Assembly (NCBI GenBank): GCA_031406795.1
Contig: JANOHV010000274.1
Coordinates: forward strand, 1 to 43,634
Reading direction: 5' to 3'
Length of the DNA: 43,634 nt
Source: Candidatus Rokuibacteriota bacterium
GTDB taxonomy: Bacteria; JAUVQV01; DATDCY01
A program made the translations under genes and the position numbers. Shown here one piece after another: positions 25,032 through 34,762 of the stretch. Each line of letters opens with the position of its first letter. Position 1 is the stretch's first letter. The notes beneath the pieces are model-generated. The model had not been told where the DNA came from. It searched no databases and was given only the letters and a program-made list of their open reading frames with translations.

Positions 25032-27077
25032 TTGCGAGATGGCGCGGCAATTGATACGGATCGGGTGTCCGGCGTCCGGTCGCCGGGCGGGGCGCGCGTG
25101 ATCGCCACAAGAGAGGCGATTGGCGCGAGCGCGCTCGCGCGCGAGGTCAGGGCCTGGGTCCTGGCGGAAGCCGAGGACCGGGAACTCAAGAACCGGGTGG
25201 CGCTGGCGCTCGAAGAAATCGCGATCTTCCTCGCCAGGCATCAGGCGGATCTCGAGCGACGCAAGAGCAGGCTGGTGCAGACGACCGGCTACCGGGACGA
25301 AACGCGAAGCCGGGAATTCGCCCTCGAGAAGATCCGACTGCTGCTGACGGGCCGCAGGAACATCTCGGTGATCTTTGCGGCGATCGACGGCTATCTCGAC
25401 CGGCACCGGGAAGAGGAGATCTTCGACGGGGACCGCATCCGCACGCCGCTGGCCGAGGCAAGCGATGATTTCATCAGCAGATTTCGCGATTCTATCGGCG
25501 GGACGAGCCTGGCGAAGCTCCTGGACATCTTCTACTTCATGCCGTATTCGTGCTGGCGCTCGCGCAGCGTCGAAAGGCGGATCTTCCGCTCGCCGTCATC
25601 GGCCGAGGTTTCGAGGCTCATCGAGGAATGCCGGCAGCGGAAGATCGAGATCGACGGCATCGACACCGTCCAGCTCGCGGCAATGCTGCGGATCAAACTC
25701 GGCATCGCGCCGCGGATGGGCTATCACCTCCTGCCCGCCAACAAGCTCGCCGAGAAGCTGACCAGCGCGGAGAACATCGCCCAGTTCACCGCCACGACAG
25801 CGCCGCTCGATGAAGGCTTCTGCCGCACGACGGCCGGCATCCTGGCCAACCTCAGGCAGCGCTCGAGCGAGTGCTTCGGGATCGCGTTCCCGCCGGCTCC
25901 TCCCGAGATCGAAGCCGAACTGCTGCAACTCGTCTACCTCGCCGGCGACACGATCCGCATCGGCGGGGGCGGCAACGAGCGGTCGGCGGACTACCTCTGG
26001 TTGCTGGCCACGGTCATCGCCAGCGATCATGCGGCATTGAAGGATGTCCTGACCGGCTTCATCGACAAGCACAGCGGCAACCCTGCGGTCCGCAAACGGT
26101 TCGCGAGCGCGCACGCCTATCTGGGCGAGGCGGCTGCGAGAGCCGACGCAATCCTCGCCGCGCTCTGGTCGGAGGCAAAGGAGGAACTTCGGTGTCTGAC
26201 CCTCCGCACGGACGCCCTTGCGACGAGGAGCAGCCACGATTTCAAGGAGTTCACGGAGCTGGAAGCGCTGAAGCAGCGAAGATCGGACGTCGTCAAGTCG
26301 CTGATGAAGATTTCCGATTCCATCCAGCTCATCGAAGCGTCGCTCCTCGATCGACTCACGTCCCCCGGATTCCCGGCCGGGCGGCTGCCGGCCGACGGAC
26401 AGGGCCGTGGCCTCGATCCGGCAAGGCTGCGGGACCGCAATCGCACGAACGCCGAAGAAACCAAGGCAATCGCCCGGCAGGAACTCGAGAAGCTGCGCCT
26501 GCTGATCGTCGGCATCACGGCGATCAGCCGCAGAGGGTTCGCGGACTCCGGACTGTCCCCCGCCGCGGCGCGACAGCGGGATGTGGAGCGGCTCGCCTGC
26601 AAGACCGCCGACGGCGTCGAGATCGCCGGCCTGCCCACGCCCGAGCTGCACGCGAAGCTCTGCGGCGCGCTGCGGAAGACCGCCGGCTCGCTGCGGGATT
26701 TCAGGAGCAAGCTCGAAGCGGTGCGCAGACGCCCGCTGAAGAGCGACCTGCAGCAGGCCATGAACGTCCTGGCCGAAAAGACGAGGAGAGCCGTCGAATG
26801 CGGCGACAACCCCGATCCGGAGGCCGGTGCTGCGTCCGGGATCCTGCCGGCCGCGGACCGACTGTTGCCGCTGCTCCGCGACATCGTGACGGCGCAAGCC
26901 AGCCTCGGGGTGCGCATGAACACCGCGAAGCTGACCCCCGCGGAGAAACAGCCGCTCACGGTCCTGATCTACGCGACGAAACTGCGGCTCGGCGAAGATC
27001 TCCGGGACCTCGAACGTCTCCGCGCGGAACTTGCCGGACGCTCGGCGGGCACTGCGAGACGCCCGGGCCCGGATTGA
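25032..27077 (+). CDS. Large helical hypothetical protein (~660-680 aa; start uncertain)
   Basis: Long ORF with natural amino-acid composition filling the gap between ffh and the RNase Z-like gene; no motif recognised. Confidence 0.7.
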   Translation: MRDGAAIDTDRVSGVRSPGGARVIATREAIGASALAREVRAWVLAEAEDRELKNRVALALEEIAIFLARHQADLERRKSRLVQTTGYRDETRSREFALEKIRLLLTGRRNISVIFAAIDGYLDRHREEEIFDGDRIRTPLAEASDDFISRFRDSIGGTSLAKLLDIFYFMPYSCWRSRSVERRIFRSPSSAEVSRLIEECRQRKIEIDGIDTVQLAAMLRIKLGIAPRMGYHLLPANKLAEKLTSAENIAQFTATTAPLDEGFCRTTAGILANLRQRSSECFGIAFPPAPPEIEAELLQLVYLAGDTIRIGGGGNERSADYLWLLATVIASDHAALKDVLTGFIDKHSGNPAVRKRFASAHAYLGEAAARADAILAALWSEAKEELRCLTLRTDALATRSSHDFKEFTELEALKQRRSDVVKSLMKISDSIQLIEASLLDRLTSPGFPAGRLPADGQGRGLDPARLRDRNRTNAEETKAIARQELEKLRLLIVGITAISRRGFADSGLSPAAARQRDVERLACKTADGVEIAGLPTPELHAKLCGALRKTAGSLRDFRSKLEAVRRRPLKSDLQQAMNVLAEKTRRAVECGDNPDPEAGAASGILPAADRLLPLLRDIVTAQASLGVRMNTAKLTPAEKQPLTVLIYATKLRLGEDLRDLERLRAELAGRSAGTARRPGPD

Positions 27078-27089
27078 ATCAACCCGTCG

Positions 27090-28103
27090 TCAGCTGAAAC
27101 AGGGGCCGGCCCCGTGCGCGGTCGCGGCTTCGGCGCGCAGCAGCGCCTCCTCGCGCTCGTACTTGGGCGAGAAGTGAAAGACCGTCAGCCGCCTCGCGCC
27201 GGCCCGTCGCGCGAGCTCCCCGGCCTGTCGCGCCGTCAGGTGGTGTTTGCGCAGCGCGTGGTCGGCATCGCGATCGAGAAAAGCCGCCTCGCAGAACAGA
27301 TGATCGGCCCCCGCCGCCAGTTCGAGAACGCGCCGGTCATTCTCCGGCGAGCGCCGGATGTCCGTGACGTAGGCCAGAGTCGCGCCGGGCGTCGCGAGAA
27401 TCACCTCCCGCTCGATGCGCGCCAGCGACAGGCTGCGCAGCCGGACCGTCCCGCCTTCGCTGACCGGGACCCGCACCGGCGTCTCCCCGGGCCGGACGGC
27501 GTGGAGCAGCGCCTTGACGCGCCCGAGCCAGGGGCCGACCTCCCAGCCGAGCTGGCGCAGCCGCTCGCCGTTGACGTTGAAGCGCACCCGCTCGCGCAGC
27601 CGAAAACCGAGACAGGGCACGGCGTGGTCGAGGAGGCGGGCCTCGACCACCAGGGCCGGCTCCGCCCTGACGACCCCGGCAAACGGCGCCTCACGCGCCG
27701 CGGTGCGCGCCCGGAAGCGGTCGCGGCAGGAGAAGGTCACCCGGCGCACCCGGCGCGGACCGATCTCCTGCACCTGGAGCCGCAGCCGGTAGTTGTCCAC
27801 CAGGTTCCAGGTGTAGCCGGCGAGCTTGCCCGCGACATTCGCGATGAGACCTTCGGGGCCGTGCAGCCTCACCGTCAGGTCGCGGTTGAGCATCACCCGC
27901 AGCAACCGGTCGAAGCCGCAGAAGTGGTCGATGTGCGTGTGACTGACGAAGATGTCGCTGACCCGAAGTATCTCGCCGGGGCGCAGGGCGTTGATCTCGC
28001 CGATGTCGAAGAGCAGCGCCCGACGCTCGTGCAGAAAGTCGACGTAGAGGGCCGGATCGCCGAACCCCCCGTTGACCAGCCGCGCATCGAACGTTCTCGT
28101 CAC
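27090..28103 (-). CDS. Ribonuclease Z-like metallo-beta-lactamase
   Basis: LVNGGFGDPALYVD, LLFDIG, SHTHIDHFCG (HxHxDH), LDH...CLGF, YVTD, HHLTA, FHFSPKY; GTG start at 28103. Confidence 0.85.
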   Translation of the reverse strand: MTRTFDARLVNGGFGDPALYVDFLHERRALLFDIGEINALRPGEILRVSDIFVSHTHIDHFCGFDRLLRVMLNRDLTVRLHGPEGLIANVAGKLAGYTWNLVDNYRLRLQVQEIGPRRVRRVTFSCRDRFRARTAAREAPFAGVVRAEPALVVEARLLDHAVPCLGFRLRERVRFNVNGERLRQLGWEVGPWLGRVKALLHAVRPGETPVRVPVSEGGTVRLRSLSLARIEREVILATPGATLAYVTDIRRSPENDRRVLELAAGADHLFCEAAFLDRDADHALRKHHLTARQAGELARRAGARRLTVFHFSPKYEREEALLRAEAATAHGAGPCFS

Positions 28104-28178
28104 GCGCCGGATTGTCGCACAAACCCTTCGGGGCCGGTTGCATTTTGTCCACCGCGCGTGGTACATATCAGATCGCTG

Positions 28179-29798
28179 ATGCGACGAATCATCTCGAAGG
28201 TCGTCCAGAAGCTCTTCGGCAAGCGCCGGGGAGCTCACCACGCGGGCCCGGCGGTTCCGCCTCCGCCCGTCATCGTCAAGCGCGAGGAACACACGATTTC
28301 GCGCAGCCGGATCGACGAAGACGCGCTGAAGGTGCTCAACCGGCTCACGCGCTACAACCACACCGCGTACCTGGTCGGCGGCGGCGTGCGGGATTTGCTG
28401 CTGGACCGTATCGTGAAGGATTTCGACATCGCGACGTCGGCCCATCCGCAGGAGATCAAGAACCTGTTCCGCAACTGCCGTCTCATCGGCCGGCGGTTCC
28501 GCCTCGCCCACGTCCTGTTCCGCGGCGGCAAGGCGATCGAGGTTTCGACCTTCCGCAAGCAGACCGGTTTCTCGGACGACATCGACCTGCTGATCAAGAG
28601 CGACAACACGTTCGGCACGCCCGAGGAGGATGCCCGGCGGCGCGACTTCACGATCAACGGCCTGTTTTACAGCATCACCGACTTCTCGGTCATCGACTAC
28701 GTCGACGGGCTCGAGGATCTCAAGCGCCGGCTCGTCCGCACGATCGGCGACCCGAACATCAGGCTGCGGGAGGACCCGATCCGCAGCCTGCGCGCCGTGC
28801 GCATCGCCGCCCGCCTCGGCTTCGAGATCGAGACCGGCACGCGCCAGGCGATGACGGCCCACCGCGAGGAGATCTGGAAATCCGCCACCCCCCGCATCGT
28901 CGACGAGTTCGTGCGCATGCTCAACCAGGGGGCCGCGGCCGCCTCGTTCCCGCTGCTTGCGGAACTCGGCATGATCGAGGGACTGCTGCCCGGCTTCGCC
29001 CGGGCGTACGCGACCCCGCAGATGCGCGAGCAGATCCAGCGCAACCTCGTCTCGCTGGACGCCCACCAGAAACCGCAGGCCGGTCTCCCGGCCGGCCTGG
29101 CTCTTGCGGTCCTGTACCACCCGCTCTTCTCCGAGGCGGTCGCCGTCGCGGACCCGGAGGCCGATCGCGGCAAGATCGCCGCAATGTTGCTCGACGCCGA
29201 CCTCGAGAAGCTCAAGTTCCCGCGGGCCCAGCTCGAGAAAGCGGTCCTGCTGCTCGCCGGGCAGCAGCGGATCACGCAGCCGCAGCGGCGACGCGGACGC
29301 GGGGGCTCGATCTCCTCGCGGCCCTGGTTCGCCGAGGCGCTCACCCTTCTGGAGATCACGCAGGGGGACACGCCCGAGGGACGCTCGCTCTTGCGCCGGC
29401 TGCGCGCCCAGCAGCACGAGGCCGCTGCGGAGCCGCGGGCGGAGTCGGCTGCCGATTTCCCGCCTGGATCCGGGACCGCCGCAGATGAGGCCGAGGCCGT
29501 CGCGGGGGCGACTGCCGAGGCCGGAACCGGGCCCGCCAAGCGCCGGCGACGCCGGAGCAGGCGAGGCACGGGCCGCGGAAAGAGCCGGAGCCCGGAGACG
29601 ACGGAGGCCCCCGCAACGGCAGCAGAAGACGACGAACAGGATCGCGCGCCGAGGACGCAGCCGCCCTCGCGGCCGCATCAGCGTCAGCACGTCTCCCCGG
29701 CGGAAGAGGCGCCCTTCGACCCCGATGCGGCGTTCGGGGACGGAGACACCGACCTGGAGCCGCCCGGCGGGGAGTCGACCGAAGACCGTACCGACTGA
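28179..29798 (+). CDS. pcnB: Poly(A) polymerase I
   Basis: YLVGGGVRD, KDFDIAT, LIGRRFRLAHV (PAP signature), RRDFTIN, EDPIRSLRA; long disordered C-tail. Confidence 0.92.
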   Translation: MRRIISKVVQKLFGKRRGAHHAGPAVPPPPVIVKREEHTISRSRIDEDALKVLNRLTRYNHTAYLVGGGVRDLLLDRIVKDFDIATSAHPQEIKNLFRNCRLIGRRFRLAHVLFRGGKAIEVSTFRKQTGFSDDIDLLIKSDNTFGTPEEDARRRDFTINGLFYSITDFSVIDYVDGLEDLKRRLVRTIGDPNIRLREDPIRSLRAVRIAARLGFEIETGTRQAMTAHREEIWKSATPRIVDEFVRMLNQGAAAASFPLLAELGMIEGLLPGFARAYATPQMREQIQRNLVSLDAHQKPQAGLPAGLALAVLYHPLFSEAVAVADPEADRGKIAAMLLDADLEKLKFPRAQLEKAVLLLAGQQRITQPQRRRGRGGSISSRPWFAEALTLLEITQGDTPEGRSLLRRLRAQQHEAAAEPRAESAADFPPGSGTAADEAEAVAGATAEAGTGPAKRRRRRSRRGTGRGKSRSPETTEAPATAAEDDEQDRAPRTQPPSRPHQRQHVSPAEEAPFDPDAAFGDGDTDLEPPGGESTEDRTD

Positions 29799-29810
29799 GC
29801 AGGCCGTTTT

Positions 29811-30443
29811 CTAGCGGGCTGCGATTTTGAAGAACGGGTTCTGCTTCTTTTCGCGGCCGACCGTCGTTTCCGGTCCGTGCCCCGGGTAGAGTACCGTGTC
29901 GTCCGGCAGCGTCAGGATGTGACGGCGAATCGAGTCGAGCAGGAGCCGCTCCGACCCCCCCGGCAAGTCCGTGCGCCCCACCGAACCGTGGAAGACCAGA
30001 TCGCCGCAGAAAGCCGCTCCCGGCGCGACCAGGGTGACGCCCCCGGGGGAATGCCCCGGCGTGTGCAGGACGCGCAACCGCACCGCGCCGAGCCGCACTT
30101 CGCCCTGGTCGACGAGGGGCAGATCGGGCGGCGGCGAATTCTCGGCGCGCATCAGAAAGAGACGGGCATGAGTTACCGCTTCGGTGAGCAGCGGCGCGTC
30201 ATCCGCATGCACGAGCAGCGAGGCCCCCGTGGCCGTCTTGAGGGCGCGGTTACCGCTGATGTGGTCGAAGTGGCCGTGCGTGTTGACGATGAGCCGGCAC
30301 GTCAGCCGCTCCTGGGCGAGGAACGCCAGTATTTCCCCGGGGTCGCCGCCGGGATCGATGACCAGCGCCTCGCCCGCGTCGCGATCGGCGAGCAGATAGG
30401 TGTTTGTCTCGAGAGGACCGATCACGAACTGGTGCAGCTGCAT
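29811..30443 (-). CDS. MBL-fold metallo-hydrolase (glyoxalase II-like)
   Basis: THGHFDH, HTPGHSPG, GDLVF.GSVGRTDLPGG, YPGHGPETT. Confidence 0.9.
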   Translation of the reverse strand: MQLHQFVIGPLETNTYLLADRDAGEALVIDPGGDPGEILAFLAQERLTCRLIVNTHGHFDHISGNRALKTATGASLLVHADDAPLLTEAVTHARLFLMRAENSPPPDLPLVDQGEVRLGAVRLRVLHTPGHSPGGVTLVAPGAAFCGDLVFHGSVGRTDLPGGSERLLLDSIRRHILTLPDDTVLYPGHGPETTVGREKKQNPFFKIAAR

Positions 30444-30450
30444 GCCGACA

Positions 30451-30479
30451 TTCATACGAGCATCGGGTGCGGGTGTCAA
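30451..30479 (-). promoter_or_regulatory. Sigma70 promoter, leaderless configuration
   Basis: TTGACA-N17-TATGAA, then 7 nt, then ATG 30443. Confidence 0.65.
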
Positions 30480-30997
30480 GGCGGCCCCTGGTCTCCACGG
30501 TCACGACGCGACTCGAGGGCCAGCAACCGGGCCTTCATGGCAAGTCCGCCCGCGTAGCCGCCGAGGCCGGTCGCGGCCACCACCCGGTGACAGGGGATCA
30601 CCAGCGGGACCGCGTTGCGCGCCATGACCTGGCCGGCCGCCCGGGCCGCCCGCGGGCTTCCCGCGCGCCGGGCGAGTTCGCCATAGGTGATGGTTGCCCC
30701 CGAAGGAATCCCGCGCGCGGCGGCGAGCGCCCTTCGGGTGAAGCCCGTGACGCCCGCCAGGTCGACCGGCACGTCCGGACATTCCCCGCTGCCCCGCAGG
30801 AATCCCACCAGCCCGTTGCGGAATGCCTCCCGCGGCCTCAAGGCGGCCCCCGGCGACACGCCCAGTTCCCGGGCGACGGTTGCCCGGTCGGGTCGGGGCA
30901 GGACCAGACGGCGCAGTCCGCGCGGCGTGAAGACCACGCCGACCCACCCCCAGGGTGTCCTGAAAAGATCGTAGGAAAGCTGCTCCTTGACATCCAC
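30476..30997 (-). CDS. ogt: Methylated-DNA--protein-cysteine S-methyltransferase (start approximate)
   Basis: IPSGATITYGELA...AARAAG...N...IPCHRVV...LGGYAGG...K..LL.LE. Confidence 0.9.
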   Translation of the reverse strand: MDVKEQLSYDLFRTPWGWVGVVFTPRGLRRLVLPRPDRATVARELGVSPGAALRPREAFRNGLVGFLRGSGECPDVPVDLAGVTGFTRRALAAARGIPSGATITYGELARRAGSPRAARAAGQVMARNAVPLVIPCHRVVAATGLGGYAGGLAMKARLLALESRRDRGDQGPP

Positions 30998-31054
30998 CAC
31001 GACCGCATGGTACACAATGCGCTCGATTTTATGAAGTAATTTGGAGGAAAGCAG

Positions 31055-31330
31055 ATGGCACATACCAAGTCGGCGCTCAAGCGGATCCGCCAGGACAAGC
31101 GGCGGAACCTGCGCAACCAGTCGGTCAAGAGCACGGTGCGCACGGCGACGCGCGCCTTCCGGGAAACCCTCGCGGAGGGTGACGCCCCGAAGACGGAGAC
31201 CGCGCTGCGCTTCGCCTCGAAGACCCTGTGCAAGGCCGCGACCAAGGGCGTCGTGCGCAAGCAGACGGCCGCGCGGCGAATTTCCCGGCTGGCCAAAGCG
31301 ACGCACAAGTCGCTGGCCGCCGCGAAGTAG
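31055..31330 (+). CDS. rpsT: 30S ribosomal protein S20
   Basis: MAHTKSALKRIRQ...RNQSVKS...KGVVRKQTAARRISRL; GGAGG RBS; TTGACA at 30987 upstream. Confidence 0.95.
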   Translation: MAHTKSALKRIRQDKRRNLRNQSVKSTVRTATRAFRETLAEGDAPKTETALRFASKTLCKAATKGVVRKQTAARRISRLAKATHKSLAAAK

Positions 31331-31436
31331 TTCCGTCGCGCTCCCCCCCCGCAACCCTCCCGATCCGTCGTGCGGGGCCCGCGTCGCGCTGTCGCCGGCA
31401 GGGGCCGGATGGGGTGTCGGCGTGCCGGGTGACCGC

Positions 31437-32234
31437 GTGAACGACATCGGGAAGCTGTACGTCGTCAGCACGCCGATCGGCAATCTCGAGGACATCACGC
31501 TGCGGGCGCTGCGCCTGTTGCGTGAAGTCGACCTGATCGCGGCCGAGGACACCCGTCACACGCGCAAACTCCTCTCGCACTTCGACATCCACACGCCGCT
31601 CACGAGCTTCTACCAGCACCAGCAGTTCCGCCAGGCCCCGGGCCTGGTCCGCCAATTGCTCGAAGGGAAGAACATCGCGCTGGTGACGGACGCCGGAACC
31701 CCGGGCATTTCCGACCCCGGGGCGGTGCTGGTGCGTCTGGCGATCGAGGCCGGCATCGAGATTACCCCGGTGCCGGGGCCTGCGGCCGCGATCACCCTGC
31801 TCTCGGTCTCGGGACTCGACACCCACGCCTTTGTCTTCGAAGGCTTCCTGCCGATCAAGTCGGGGCGCAAGCGTCGCGTACTCGAGAGCCTCGCGCGCGA
31901 GAAGCGCACGCTGATCTTCTACGAATCGCCGCACCGGCTCGTGAAGACCCTGGCCCTGATGCTCGAAGTGCTCGGCGACCGGCCGGCCGCGGTCGGCCGC
32001 GAACTGACGAAGGTCTTCGAGGAGATCACGCGCGGCACGCTCGCCGCTGCCCTCGAAGCTTACCGGGAGCGAAAGGTCAAGGGGGAGCTGACGATCGCGA
32101 TCGCCGGCTTCGCGGGCGAGACGTCGGCTGAGCCCGACGAGACGGACGCGCCCGACCCCGAAGATCCGGACTCGGAGGCCGAGGAGGAAGACGGACCGGA
32201 GGAGAGCCCGGCCCCCGACCCGGCAGCCTGTTAG
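31437..32234 (+). CDS. rsmI: 16S rRNA (cytidine1402-2'-O)-methyltransferase
   Basis: LYVVSTPIGNLEDIT, AAEDTR, DAGTPGISDPG, FEGFLP, FYESPHR, RELTKVFEE. Confidence 0.95.
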   Translation: MNDIGKLYVVSTPIGNLEDITLRALRLLREVDLIAAEDTRHTRKLLSHFDIHTPLTSFYQHQQFRQAPGLVRQLLEGKNIALVTDAGTPGISDPGAVLVRLAIEAGIEITPVPGPAAAITLLSVSGLDTHAFVFEGFLPIKSGRKRRVLESLAREKRTLIFYESPHRLVKTLALMLEVLGDRPAAVGRELTKVFEEITRGTLAAALEAYRERKVKGELTIAIAGFAGETSAEPDETDAPDPEDPDSEAEEEDGPEESPAPDPAAC

Positions 32235-32650
32235 CGGCGCCCCAGACGAAACGACAGGGCTGCGGCGCCGACGAGAACGACCACCGCCGCGTACGCCGCC
32301 GCAACCTTGACCCAGAATTCGAGCGTCGTCAGCACGAACCCCTGCCCGCCGGCGCCACCGGGATGCGCGAACAGGAAGAAGACCCCCACCCCCGCCGCCA
32401 GTTGCGGCAGCAGCCACGCGAGACTGTTCAGGAACACCGCGGGCGCCGAGCGCGACAGAGAACCGGCGACCACCAGCGTGGCGGCCACCGGCAGCATCAC
32501 GATGCCCCAGACCGCGGGCGCCGCGCCGCCCGACCCCGGCGGAAAGAGCGAGATGACCACCGCGGCGGCGGCACCGGTCAGCAGCGCGGCTCCGGCAGAT
32601 GCCGCCAGCGTGAGCAAGAACGCGCGTCTTCCCGATCGCATGCGCGCCAT
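32231..32650 (-). CDS. Small multi-pass membrane protein
   Basis: About four hydrophobic segments; may start at ATG 32641, after a TATCAT -10 box. Confidence 0.6.
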   Translation of the reverse strand: MARMRSGRRAFLLTLAASAGAALLTGAAAAVVISLFPPGSGGAAPAVWGIVMLPVAATLVVAGSLSRSAPAVFLNSLAWLLPQLAAGVGVFFLFAHPGGAGGQGFVLTTLEFWVKVAAAYAAVVVLVGAAALSFRLGRR

Positions 32651-32758
32651 GATACCCCACCATGGCGCAACCGCACACCGGTTATCGGCCGGCGGACACC
32701 CGGGGAGCGGCCGATCCGGCCGCGAGGCGGTCGGCTTCGGTGCCGGCAGCCCGGGCGC

Positions 32759-34762
32759 TTACCTGATGGTGCCGCCGAGCGGGATGGTTCCCTCGTAGCC
32801 GAATTGCGTCTCCCAGAAACCTTCCGTGCTCTTGAAGAGATACCAGTTGCCGCCGGCGGGGTAGTAGCAGCCGAGGTCGAGCCTGCCGTCACCGTCGAAA
32901 TCGCCGAGCACCGGCTCGGTGCCGGCGTAGCCGAATCGCGTCTCCCAGAAGCCCATCGTGCTCTGGAAGACATACCAGTTGCCGCCCGGCGGGTAGTAGC
33001 AGCCGATGTCACTCGTGCCGTCGCCGTCGAAGTCTCCCACCACCGGAATCGTCCCTTCGTACCCGAACGTCGTCTCGCCGAAGCCGCTGCTGCTCTGAAA
33101 GACGTACCAATTACCGCCCGGCGGGTAATAACAGCCGATGTCGTCGCGGCCGTCCCCGTCGAAATCACCGACGACCGGAATCGTCCCGGCGTAGCCGAAC
33201 TGCGTCTGCGCCGCCCCTTCCGTGCTCTTGAAGATGTTCCAACTCCCGGAGTCGGGATGGTAGACGCCGATGTCGCTCACCCCGTCACCGTCGAAATCAC
33301 CCGTGACCGGAATCGTTCCGGCATACCCGAACTGCGTCTGCCAGAACCCCTCCGTGCTCCTGAACTGGTACCAGTTCCCTCCTGGCGGATAGTAGCTGCC
33401 GATATCCGAGCGACCGTCCCGGTCGAAATCGTTTATCGGGAGAGCGATCACCGCGAAGATCTGCGCGACCGTGGGCGCGGGGTCGTACGCGAGGTCCCCC
33501 GGCTGGTCGGCGTTGACGGCACAATCGCCGCGGGCCGCGAAGGACAACGTCCCGCCGGGCGTGATCATGCAAACTCCGGGAGTGGTCGAAGTGAAGACGA
33601 CGGCCAGGCCCGACGAAGCGGTGGCGGTCAGGGTCGGGGCGGTGCCGAAGAACTGGCTCCCGGGATTGGTGAAGGTGATGGCCTGGACTTGCTTGGCAGT
33701 GGTCAGCTCCAGGGACCAGGAGTCGATGCTGCCGCCGTCAGCCGCGAGGTCGTCGGAGACCGTCAGAATCCAGGTGCCGTTCGGGTCTTCACCAAGGAAC
33801 GCCCCCAGCGCCTCCTCCGGCACCAGCGGCGAAGCCAATGCCTGGTTCACGAAGGTGTGGTCCGTCACCAGACCGTTGTTCGCGAGGTAGGGCACCTGGC
33901 CGGCCGGGTTGGCGTCATCGTCCCAAAGGGTGCCATTGAAGACATCGTCATTGCCGGCGCCGTTGTCCGTGCTGAGCGTCACGACGGTGCCCGCGGGAGA
34001 TTGGATCGTGATGTCCAGATCCCCGGGAAACGTGTGCGGGATGAAGGTCATCACGTTGACGTCCAGGAGTGAGGTCCCCGCGCCGGCGACCGCGATCGTC
34101 GACGATACCACTGCCGGGCCCGTCGGGATGGCTACGGGTCCAACGCTCGAGAAGGTGCCGGTGGCGGTCGTTGGCGCCTGGTCGAGAGTGACCAGGTCCA
34201 CGACCCAGCTGTCGAGGCTGCCCCCCTCGAACGCCAGATCGTCGACAATCGTCAGCGTCCAGATGCCGTTCGGGTCCTCCCCGAGGAAGGCCGCCAGCGA
34301 TTCTTCCGGCTCGAGCGGCGAGGCCAGCGTCAGGTTCACGTATTGGTGGTCCGTGACCAGCCCGTTGTTCGTGGCGTAGGGCACCTGGCCAGCCGGGTTG
34401 GCGTTATCGTTCCACAGGGTGCCGTTGAAGACGTTGTCGTTGCCGGCCCCATTGTCCGTGGTGAGCGTCACGACGGTGCCCGCGGGAGACTGGATCGTGA
34501 TGTCGAGGTTGAAGGCAGCCGTGTGCGTAATGAAGGTCACCAGGTTGACATCCAGGAGGTACGTTCCCGCGCCGGCCACACTGATGGTCGACGTCACCAC
34601 CGCCGGTCCCGTCGGAATCGCCGTCGGGATTGAATTACCGTAGCTTGCGTTGGCCGTATTGGCGAATGTGGGGACCGCGCCGACGGACTGCGCCGCGCGA
34701 GGCGACAGCAAAGCGCCGACGAACAACGTGATACCGAGCAGCAACCTCGTCGAGATACTCAT
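32759..34762 (-). CDS. Secreted protein: two proprotein-convertase P-type domains, Ig-like linker, five FG-GAP/VCBS-like repeats
   Basis: Signal peptide; two near-identical units (DLDITIQSPAGTVVTL...GEDPNG.W.L...D...GGS.DSW); QAITF...LTATASSGLAV linker; repeats of GDFDGDG..DIG.YYP.GGNWY.F.STEG...TQFGY.GT.PV. Confidence 0.85.
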   Translation of the reverse strand: MSISTRLLLGITLFVGALLSPRAAQSVGAVPTFANTANASYGNSIPTAIPTGPAVVTSTISVAGAGTYLLDVNLVTFITHTAAFNLDITIQSPAGTVVTLTTDNGAGNDNVFNGTLWNDNANPAGQVPYATNNGLVTDHQYVNLTLASPLEPEESLAAFLGEDPNGIWTLTIVDDLAFEGGSLDSWVVDLVTLDQAPTTATGTFSSVGPVAIPTGPAVVSSTIAVAGAGTSLLDVNVMTFIPHTFPGDLDITIQSPAGTVVTLSTDNGAGNDDVFNGTLWDDDANPAGQVPYLANNGLVTDHTFVNQALASPLVPEEALGAFLGEDPNGTWILTVSDDLAADGGSIDSWSLELTTAKQVQAITFTNPGSQFFGTAPTLTATASSGLAVVFTSTTPGVCMITPGGTLSFAARGDCAVNADQPGDLAYDPAPTVAQIFAVIALPINDFDRDGRSDIGSYYPPGGNWYQFRSTEGFWQTQFGYAGTIPVTGDFDGDGVSDIGVYHPDSGSWNIFKSTEGAAQTQFGYAGTIPVVGDFDGDGRDDIGCYYPPGGNWYVFQSSSGFGETTFGYEGTIPVVGDFDGDGTSDIGCYYPPGGNWYVFQSTMGFWETRFGYAGTEPVLGDFDGDGRLDLGCYYPAGGNWYLFKSTEGFWETQFGYEGTIPLGGTIR
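32770..33440 (-). repeat. Five ~129-bp coding repeats (43-aa FG-GAP-like units)
   Basis: gtcgaaatc/gtcgaagtc and taccagtt recur at ~129-bp intervals. Confidence 0.85.

Noticed and set aside
27090-29798. Overlapping 866-aa and 894-aa ORFs as single large proteins
   Set aside because: Each is a real gene (RNase Z-like; pcnB) extended by the stop-free antisense frame of the other, a high-GC artefact.
32759-34762. Diversity-generating retroelement TR/VR pair
   Set aside because: All repeats are in-frame parts of one ORF, differences are not visibly adenine-specific, and no reverse transcriptase is in the window.
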